Source: an uncultured delta proteobacterium
GTDB lineage: Bacteria > Myxococcota_A > Polyangia > Polyangiales > Polyangiaceae
Direction: 5' to 3'
Length of the DNA stretch: 64,000 nucleotides
NCBI GenBank assembly: GCA_963696385.1
Contig: CAVOKF010000007.1
Coordinates: 1,344,001-1,408,000, forward strand
The position numbers were made by a program, and so were the translations under genes. Under the pieces are notes generated by a model, which ran no database searches, was not told where the DNA came from, and was given only the letters and a program-made list of their open reading frames with translations. Positions 55,250 through 64,000 of the stretch are shown in pieces. Position 1 is the first letter of the stretch. Each line of letters starts with the position of its first letter.

Positions 55250-55580
55250 GTCGTTCCAGGCGAGCTGCAGCTCGAGTTGATCTGGCCGCTCGGCGTCTTC
55301 TGCGTCGGTTGGGTCGCGCGCCCGGGTGACGGGCGGCGCCTCGGTCGGCAGGCCGAGATGGGCGAGGATCTGGCGCACGGGCTCGCGCTCGGTGATCACG
55401 GCGAGCACCCGCAGTCGGCCGTGGCACTTCGGACATTGCAGAACGTCCACGTCAAAGGTCCGTTTCAAGAGCGTGGGCCAGTCCACGCGAGGGGAGGCCG
55501 CGTAGATGGCGCCGCCAAGCAGCCGTTCCCAGTGGCTGACAGCAAGCACATTGGGCGTGAGCGGGATGACCTCGCTCCGA
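55250..55580 (-). pseudogene. IS91-family transposase C-terminal remnant
   Basis: 'DWPTLLKRTFDVDVLQCPKCHGRLRVLAVITE..ILAHLGLP'. Confidence 0.7.
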
Positions 55581-57420
55581 TGCGCGTTGAGCGTGGAGGC
55601 TTTCGCCGGCTGGTGACGGACGTGTCGCTGGGTCAGGTGGGTGCTGTCGCGGCACGCGAGGTATCCCGTTTCGCGCGCAACAGTCGGGACTGGCAACAGC
55701 TGATCGAGATTTGCCGCGTCGTAGATACGCTCCTCGTCGATCACGACAGCGTCTACGCCCCACGACTCAGCAATGATCGACTATTGCTCGGACTCAAAGG
55801 AAGTCTGAATGAATATGAGCTCGAGCTCTTGCGCTTGCGCGGCGCAGAAGCTCGCCGCGAGAAAGCGGCTCGCGGAGAACTGTTCGCGAGAGTGGCGGTC
55901 GGTTACCGCTAGGGGGACGATGGGGGCATCGAAAAGAGTCCCGACGCCCGCGTCGGACAGGTCATCGACTTGGTGTTTGCCAAATTTTTCGAACTGGGCA
56001 GCGCACGACAGGTGATGCTTTGGATGCGCGGCGCGGGCATGAAGCTCCCGGCCAACCGCTCTCGCCGACAAGTCGTATGGAAAGAACCAAATTACGATGA
56101 CGTATATCGGATATTGACGAATCCTGTCTACGCGGGCGCATATGCGTATGGGCGAACAGTCCAGCGCCAGCGCGTGGTCGAGGGTCAGTTGCGTTCCGAG
56201 GTGGTCAGGCAGCACCGGGCCGACTGGTCGGTCTTGCTGCGCGACCATCACGAGGGGTACATCAGTTGGCAGCAGTTCGAACGGATCGAGCAGATGCTAG
56301 CGAAAAACACACAGGGTCGAGGAGGACACGGGGCCGCGCGCCGCGGCTCGACGCTGCTCACGGGGCTCGTGTCCTGCCGGCGTTGCGGTCACCGTCTTGG
56401 CGTCAACTACAGCGGGACGTCCCAGAGCGTGCGTCGCTACACCTGCGACGGGCGGAACGCCAAGTTTGGCGATCCGAAGTGCATATCGTTCAGCGCAATT
56501 GATGTGGACGTGCAGATCGCAAAGCGAGTGCTCGCGATAACGCGACCGGCCGCGATCGAGGCGGCGCAGCGCGCGTGGGTAGAGTTCGCTGGTGCACGCG
56601 ACCAAGCAATTGAAGCACTCGAGCTCGAGTTGGAGCAGGCGCAATACCAAACGCGCCGCGCCGAGCGTCAATTCGATGCTGTCGATCCCGAGAACCGCAC
56701 AGTCGCTCGTGAACTCGAAAAGCGCTGGAATGCCGCTCTCGAACTCGAGCGCTTGATTGAAACTCGGATCGATGCAGCACGCGAAATAAACCGTCGTGTG
56801 GATCCGCCCAGCGTCGATCACTTCACGGAGCTGGCGAGCGATCTCGAACTCGTCTGGAACGCGGCCACAACCGATATGGCACTCAAGAAGCGCATCGTAC
56901 GTGCCGTCATTGAACAAATCTGGGCAGACGTCGATGAAGCGCGCTCCGAAATCGTGCTCACCGTGCACTGGAAGGGAGGCGCGCATACGGATTTGCTAGT
57001 TCCGAAGCGCCGCAGCGGGGAGCGTGGCCGAACGACATCGTCGGATGTCGTCGAAGCCGTGCGCGTCCTCGCGCGAATCTTTCCCGATCACGAAATCGCT
57101 GCGTGGCTCGGCAAGGCCGGGATCCGAACGCCGAACGGTGCAAACTACACGCGTGCATTGGTTGCTTCGCTTCGCCATACAAGAGGGATCCCCGCGCACT
57201 CGATCGAGCGTCGTCGCGCCGACGGCTGGTTATCCCTCGAGGAGGCGGCCGGGCTGATGGACGTATCCACCAGAACGCTGCGCCGTGCCGCTCAGGCCAA
57301 CGAGGTGCCCGCATGCCACCCCCTCGCAAACGGCCCTTGGATCTTCGCAAGGAGCGATCTCGAGAACGAGGTCGCCAAGCGAGTCACGACGCACGTGCGG
57401 GTGCGAGAGCAGCCACGGAC
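55581..57420 (+). pseudogene. Large serine recombinase, N-terminally truncated, in-frame TAG at 55910
   Basis: 'EVSRFARNSRDW', 'NDRLLLGLKG', 'ILTNPVYAGAY', Zn ribbon CRRC, 'VDPENRTVARELEKRWN'. Confidence 0.85.
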
Positions 57421-57774
57421 GCTCGAACACGCCCATTTTCGTGCCATGCTCATGCGACTGGATTTCACGGCGAAAGCCGTTCGCCTCGGGTGCCCCGGTC
57501 ATGTCCGGGGGGTGACGCGGCCACCGCCGCAATCAGCCCCGCTGGAAGGGGGCCTTCTCACGGTCGGGACCGATCCGACTCGCCTTTGGCGTGACCCATC
57601 GCGGCGGATTCGGCCACCGCGGCGAGCTCGCCTTCGTCGCCGATCGCTTCGTGCGGCAAGTCGTCGAGGAAGCGCTGGCCGCCAGAGAACTGTTCGGCGA
57701 CGTGCTCGACGAACCGCCGGTACCGGCTCTCGGCGCTCGCGCGAACAGAGCCCTTCGCGGCTTCGGGGATCGCC

Positions 57775-58552
57775 GGCGTATGCGGGTGTCCTTCTCTCCG
57801 GCGGGGTCGACGAGCAGATCGGCAACGTTCTGGGCGTCGCGCACCTCGTTCCAACCTTTCCGGATTTCCAGGAGCGGATTGAAGCGGAGCGAATCGAGGG
57901 CCGTCGGCTCGAAGCGCCAGACGCGGCTGAATTGGCGGCGCCAGCCCGCGGTAAGCGCCCAGTTTTCCTTCTTGATATCGTAGACGAGGACCGAGTGCGG
58001 CCAGCTAAGGAGCGTTGGGACGACCAGGCCGACGCCCTTACCCGATCGGGTGGGGGCGAAGCAGAAGACGTGCTCGGGGCCGTCCTGACGGATGAGGTGA
58101 CCCGCTTTGCGAAAGGTGGTCTGCGTTCGGCCGGCGGCGTCGACGGTGTGTCGAAAGACGGCGTCGCCCGTCTGGCCGAGGACGACGCCGGCCTCGCGCA
58201 AGAGTCCCGCGCGTCGCATCTCGGTCGTCGTGGCCCAGCGAGAACTCCCGTGCGAGCGACTCGGGCCGGTGGGCTTGCGGCATACGGCTGCGAGGGCGGC
58301 AGCCGCGCAGCCGGCGATCGCCCCGATCGTCGTGATGCCCCTCGCGTCGCGAAAGACGGTGGGTGCACGCGACTCGGCGATCGGATCCCATAGGAGCCAG
58401 CCCCAGGGCGGGTAGAGAGGCCACGATCCGACGACGGCCCAGGGCACCCCGATCTCGGGTGGGTCGTGAAGCTTGGCGGCGACGTACTCGGTCGAGGCCC
58501 AGAGGCCGGCCAGAGACAGCACGAAGAGCGACAAGAGCGCCAACACACGCAT
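57775..58552 (-). pseudogene. virD4: VirD4/TraG coupling protein, N-terminal fragment
   Basis: 'HGSSRWA', 'APTRSGKGVGLVVPTLL', 'YDIKKENW', 'FNPLLEI'; breaks after 'VDPAG'. Confidence 0.85.
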
Positions 58553-59129
58553 GGGTCCTCCGCTCGGCCTGAAAACACGTGCCCCGCGTCCGGGCACCAT
58601 TCGCGGGAAAGCGCCGGTGCTCGGGAGCCGCCAACATGAGTCCGATATTCAAACTTGTCAAATCGGATATCGACCGATTCTCTCCGATCCGTCGGGCATA
58701 GGCTTTGGGGCAACCGCCGGAGTCGCGCTCGCTCGCTCCCGCGAGCGGCAGACCCGAGCGCGTCTCGCGGGACTCGTCCGGTCGCTGATTCACCTGTGCC
58801 GGTCAACAATCAACCGGATGGGTGTTCCGACGCCTCAGTCCACACTCAAGCATTTCAAGCAGTTGGCGATCTCGGCGCCCCGAACATGGGCTGGCGCCGT
58901 TTGCCTATAGGCGCATGATGCCCCAAAGCGCGATTCGCGGACCCCCATCCGCGTAGCGATCTTTCGAGCCCCCACCCCACCAGGGCCGCCCTGATCCTGC
59001 ACGCTGTCGAATACACGAGCGGTGTGTCGATCAAGCGTAGTGTGAATAGGCGTGTTCGAACGCTGAACGGTGGCTTATGGCCTTTTTTCAATCGCAAGAT
59101 CGATCGACCGCAGACGGAAGTCCCGCACC

Positions 59130-59786
59130 ATGCTCCGCGCCGGACAATTTATCTGGTTCGTCTCTGAATGCCTGACCCTCGTGTCGTGTTCTCGGCGGCA
59201 TGAATCGGCGTCCGACGTGGATGCCACGACGGATACCACCGACGTCGTCTGCGAGCCAGGGCCGTGTTTCTGTCTTCCCAAGGACGGTGCGGCCGCGTGC
59301 CGGGTGGATGGCTCGGCAGGCGGCGATTGCACCTGCAGAGCCGGTGCGGAGGGCGCCGGCGACGACACCAACGATGCGCCAGAAGCGGACCTCACGGACG
59401 CGACCGGGGCGGAGAGCGCGTCAGAGCCCTTCGTCGGCACCTGGACGCTGAGCGGAACCGAAACCTTCGTCTGCTCCACCGAGTCCGCCCAGGCGGCGCC
59501 GATCGCCGCCGCGGTGACGTTCAGCCGGGGGTCCGAAGCGAGCGACGCCGGCGAGGTGGACTTGCTCTTCAACGCGGGCCTCGGCTGTTCGCTCGCGATG
59601 TTCGTGAGCGGCGGAGTCGCCCGGCTCGTCTCCGCTCCCCAAACGTGCGCGCCTGCCGGTCAACCCGTCGACCGCGAGTTCACGGCCGTGCAAGCGCAGC
59701 CCTCTGGCGCATCGCTCGACCTCACCGAGACGTTCACCGATGCCCCGGGCTACCAGTATCAGGTGCAAGGCACCCTCACGCGCTGA
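59130..59786 (+). CDS. Putative Cys-containing lipoprotein
   Basis: 'LVSC' N-terminus; 'FVGTWTLSG' beta domain. Confidence 0.6.
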   Translation: MLRAGQFIWFVSECLTLVSCSRRHESASDVDATTDTTDVVCEPGPCFCLPKDGAAACRVDGSAGGDCTCRAGAEGAGDDTNDAPEADLTDATGAESASEPFVGTWTLSGTETFVCSTESAQAAPIAAAVTFSRGSEASDAGEVDLLFNAGLGCSLAMFVSGGVARLVSAPQTCAPAGQPVDREFTAVQAQPSGASLDLTETFTDAPGYQYQVQGTLTR

Positions 59787-60489
59787 CCGCGCTCGGCGAT
59801 AAAAAACCTGGCCGGCCGCCGGATCTCGTTCGCTCACGCATTCGCTTGCCACTCACCACATGCGAGGAGATCGAGCCACGGTCTCGAACGTGGCGCCACC
59901 TCCACCGTCGCAAGGGCGAATCCGTCTCCCGGATGGATCATTCGAGATCGCGTGGGTCTGGCCTCGGTTCCTCTCGCGCGTTTGAGGTCCGAAAAATGGG
60001 GCGCCCTCGCACATTTCTATCGGACAACTGTAGTTTGCCGTGGTGCGGGGACGACGACGAACGCGCACTTATCGATCGCGTAGTCGAGCCGCTCGGCGTC
60101 GTCCTGAACAACCAGAACCTTGCAGGCGAGGGTTGCCGCTACTGGTTCGAAGGCCCCAACCGTGGGCATCCATTCGACGGGGCGCTCAAGCGGCAGGTGT
60201 ACCAAGCGCTCGCCGAGACAAGCATTACGCGATGGCTAGAGCAAGCGCACGGAATCGAAGTGGGTTGACGCCCGCCGAAACGCGTTCGCAAGGGCGCGTC
60301 TGCCGGGACTCGAACGCCCAGCACTGAACGACGAACTACAAGCAGGGCCGAAAGGCTCGAGAGCGTCGTCGGCCCGACGCAACTGCATGCGCAGCAATCG
60401 CAGGCGCAAGGTCCGGCAACGAGGCCGAGCCCCCCGCGCCCCTCCGCCGATGAACTCGAAAAGTACCTACGGGGCATAAGCCCCTCGTC

Positions 60490-60759
60490 TCAGCGGCAGC
60501 GTCCGGGACTCGACGGACCGCGGCGACGTTCACACACGGGACAAGCTCGGCGCGGTTCTGGGCCGGCGGCGAGAGACCGGAGCTTGTCCTCGGCGACGTC
60601 CACGGGGATGAGAGCGCTCTTGCCCACCCGCACGACGAAGCCGCGACACATGGGCACAAGCACCTCGCGAAACTTGCGGGGCGCAATGCCCAGGACGGCG
60701 AAGGCCGTGTCTTGGCTCACAAACAGAGGGCGTACGACGAGCGGCGGTCGCGTCTTCAT
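60490..60759 (-). CDS. Possible excisionase/DNA-binding protein
   Basis: 'VSQDTAFAVLGIAPRKFREV..VRVGKSALIP' MerR-like pattern near the integrase. Confidence 0.45.
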   Translation of the reverse strand: MKTRPPLVVRPLFVSQDTAFAVLGIAPRKFREVLVPMCRGFVVRVGKSALIPVDVAEDKLRSLAAGPEPRRACPVCERRRGPSSPGRCR

Positions 60760-61129
60760 CGCGCGCGCGTCCTTGAAACGGTTGAAGAAGGCACGGTGTC
60801 CTCGTGAAGGGCCCGGAGTTCCTGCCCTTGGAAAAGCCGCAACGGCGGCGTCCGGCATCGGCCAAACGGTGATGCGAAAGCGAATCGTTGAAACACCCAC
60901 GACGGAGAAATGCCCCCGTCAGAACTTGTCGGGATGGAAGCGCGAGCGGCTATACGGCTATCGGGGTGCCGATCGTGCCTATTGCGACGGCGTGCGTCTC
61001 GAGGTGCTCGTCGCCCGGCTCGACTGACTGGCTTGGCCGTGATCGGTGGCGCGACGCCTCCGGAAGGGCGCCGTCCGATGCCGCGGGACGCGGGCGTTCC
61101 AGCCTTCGGACACCAAAGGTCGGACCACC

Positions 61130-61399
61130 CCAAATCCAGTGACGAAAATGACGAAACTCGGACCGGTGGGGGGTCTCCCCCCTCATGAGGTACTTGTCGG
61201 GTCCCGAGACCGGGGCGAGGTACGCCGAATCTAAAGATCAGTCCCCTCCAAATGCAGTGACGAAAATGACGAAACTCGGATCGTCGTGGGTGGAAGCCCC
61301 CATCCAACGACGGTCCGCCCAGTCCGACGCCCCCGTCCGAGGGCCTCCATCGCCCCAAGCGAAGAATCGGCCTCTCCAGATCCTTTGACGAAAATCGGA
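61130..61399. repeat. 33-bp direct repeat pair plus a partial third copy
   Basis: CCAAAT(C/G)CAGTGACGAAAATGACGAAACTCGGA at 61130 and 61248; partial at 61376. Confidence 0.85.
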
Positions 61400-61915
61400 T
61401 CGACATGGGCTCACTGCCTCGCGCGGGGGTTGATTGGTCGTACGTTTGGAGCATGCCCTTTCTTAGGCAATCACCGCGCCAGAGCCGCGCCCCAAGCTAA
61501 GTATTGGAAACCATGGACTCCCGGATCCGGTTTTCCCACCCAAACGGTCGCTCGTTGACCTGTACCGGTCAATCGACGCCCGGCTACCTCATGAGAAGGC
61601 GTCGACGAGGAGCACGACCGCGAGCTCATGGAGGACACACCGGATGACGAACAACCGCAAACGGCCGACGCCATCCTGCACGCCTTGGGGCGTAGGAGGG
61701 CAAAATGACTGCCCTTATTTGCCATTTCGCACCGAAGCGAAGGAGCAAACGTCGTGAGCGGGAAACCGAGCAGGGCCGGGAGGAAGCAAAGAACAACGCG
61801 CTCGATGAGCCCCTGCGTCTTGATTTGCACGCGTGCGTGGGAAACAAACCAAAGGCTTCCGAGCAAGACGACGATGGCCTCGCAACGATTTCGACCCATA
61901 GCCGACAGGTAAACC

Positions 61916-63396
61916 ATGGCCAGACAAGCCACCGGAGAGCTGCGACATTTGTCCGACGGGTTCGCGGCCGTCATCACGATCGAAGGCCGGGCGCGTCGCG
62001 CGTTCCGCCTCAGCGCGTGCCGAACCGACGACGAGGCCCGGGCACCTGCAAGGCGCTCTCGGCGATGGCCGTACGGCTCCGCCACGCGGGGCATGGCGGC
62101 CAGATCGAACAGGTGCTCGGCATCGGCGCAAAGGCGCGTGCTGGCCGGCCCTGGGATGCCGTTTGCGCGGCGGTGGATGCACTCTGCTCGGGACAAACGC
62201 GGGAGTGCGCCGAGCAGGTTCCGACGTTCGAGGATTTCGCGCACGAATGGACGAGCGGACGGCTTGCCCGCAGGCACCCCGACCACGTCCCGACGAAGAA
62301 AACGTCGGATGACGATGAGCGGCTGCTCAAGCTCTACGTCAATCCGGTGCTCGACGGGCTTGGCCTCGATCGAATCACGTTGTCGGAAGCCGACCAGGTG
62401 ATGGCCAATCTGCCCGAGCACCTCTCTCCTTCGTCGCGCCGGCACGTCGGCCAAGTCGTGCGGCGTGTTCTTTCGCTCGCCGTTTACCCGGCGCGGCACA
62501 TCAAGGAGAACCCGATCCCCCGCGGATGGCTTCCTCGGGGCCGAAGCGTCAAGGCCTTCACGTGTCTGTGGCCCCAAGAAGAGACCGCGCTCATGGCCAC
62601 CCAGAGCGTCCCTCTCGTGCGCCGGCTCTTTTTCGGGATGCTCGCGCGGGAGGGCATGCGCCGAGACGAGGCTGCCAGTCTTCGTTGGTGCGATCTGAAC
62701 CTCGATCGCGGAGTTATCCGCCTCGACGAGAACAAGACGGACGACCCTCGTGCATGGGCGTTGGATCCGGGCGTTGTGCGTGCGCTCAAGGCGTGGCGCT
62801 CCGGTCATGGCGTGCGCGATAGGCCCCAAGACCCCGTCTTTCAGGAGGAAGGACGCCGGCTGTACGTCGATCAACTCGCGAGGCAGTTGCGGGGGGACCT
62901 GAACGCCGCGGGCGCGACGCGGGCGGAGCTCTTCGAGCGCAGCGCGGTTCGCCAGCCCATCCGCGTTCACGATCTCCGCGCCACTTTCGTGACGGTGTCG
63001 CTCGCCAACGGCAAGACCGAGACGTGGGTCGCCGACCGACATCGCTCTAGCGCGATGATCAATCGATATCGGCGGGCCGCCCGGACATGGGCTGAGCTCG
63101 CTCTCGGATCGCTCGCGCCCCTCGACGAAGCCCTCCCCGAACTGTCATTGCCACTCGAGGCGCCGTCCGGCGTGGGTCCGACCACCGCTAAGTGCAGCGG
63201 AGAGCAAGGGATTCGAACCCTTGGTACCCTTGCAGGTACACCTGATTTCGAAGCGACCAAGCATGTGCGAGCCTTCCGCGATAAGCGAGAAATCAAGGGT
63301 GATCGGCGATCCGAGTGGACCCCAGATCGACCCTGTTGGACCCGACGCGGGGCAATATTGGGGCAATCCGGTAGGGCAGAACAAGGAGTCTACTGA
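61916..63396 (+). CDS. Tyrosine integrase (frameshift near 62050)
   Basis: 'GMRRDEAASLRWCDL', 'ENKT', 'RVHDLRATF', 'H.SSAMINRY'. Confidence 0.85.
63198..63252 (-). tRNA. 3' fragment of tRNA-Ser(CGA) (att core, not a full gene)
   Basis: rc TT-CGA-AA-TCAGG, long variable arm, CAAGGGTTCGAATCCCTTG, CTCTCCG; 5' half absent. Confidence 0.8.
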
Positions 63397-64000
63397 CCCT
63401 GTGGAGTACTCACTCGCCAAGGCGCTGGAGGCGGCTGCCGCGGCCGGGCACTTTGAGGTGGTGATGCAACTTGCGAGAGAGCTTGAGGCACGCCGGTTGG
63501 CACGTATTGTCGACGCCGTCGGCAACCGATCTCGAGCCTGATAGACCTACCAAGTACTTCGGCGTCAGGCCGCTGGAGTCTGGCCGCCCCGGCGGGGGGG
63601 GTCGCGATCAACGGTACGTTCCGACGTCGTAGCAAGTAAGTCCGGTGGCGTTGCTCGCACGCAGGATCAAGGAAGCCATTAATGCCCTCGTCCGCCTCAC
63701 TCCGTGTGACTCCAGTGTCGATGACGCGTCCCGTCGTCTGTGACGCACCGCGATTTGGATTCCGTCCTCACTGTCGCGAGAAGGCTCGCTGAAGTGAGCT
63801 CGGCCGTGGCTGCCCGGGGATTTTCAAAATCAGAACCCGAGAAAATAAATGACACAAATGACAAAACTCCGCTTCGGGGTCCCGAGGCTCGCGGCGCGAC
63901 GAAAGAATCCGTGCTCGCGAAGATCAAACGCCCTCGGCAGGAATCGCGGTAAGCCGCGCATCAAGTCCTGGTGCACGCGGAGCTGAGGTCACTGATCCTT

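Noticed and set aside
55970..58393. 807-aa recombinase ORF
   Set aside because: Similarity ends near 57420; the rest is antisense to virD4.
63198..63290. Complete tRNA gene
   Set aside because: The 5' anticodon stem, D arm and 5' acceptor strand are absent.

Overview
High-GC accessory region that looks myxobacterial (inferred from Ser/Thr kinase-PEGA-Cys-rich lipoprotein operons and FGE-domain lipoproteins) and is dense in mobile DNA. It holds two type II TA pairs, two copies of an IS21-family element (one carrying a ParB-like passenger), four group II introns (three nested, with an IS21 inside), tandem IS630s, an IS4, many IS/ICE remnants, and a tyrosine integrase reading through a tRNA-Ser(CGA) 3' att fragment. 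The main unexplained structure is a fixed-length ~110-bp repeat, present as six full copies and one partial copy: a 63-bp left arm, a variable core ACATA(A/T)-N6-TT(A/T)GG resembling a dif/Xer-type tyrosine-recombinase site, and a 40-bp right arm. Three copies are only visible after removing an inserted intron or IS. Arm types occur in all four combinations and orientations partly alternate, which suggests a pdif-like, site-specific cargo-module shuffling system. All calls come from reading the sequence; no searches were run. Several frameshifts may be assembly errors.
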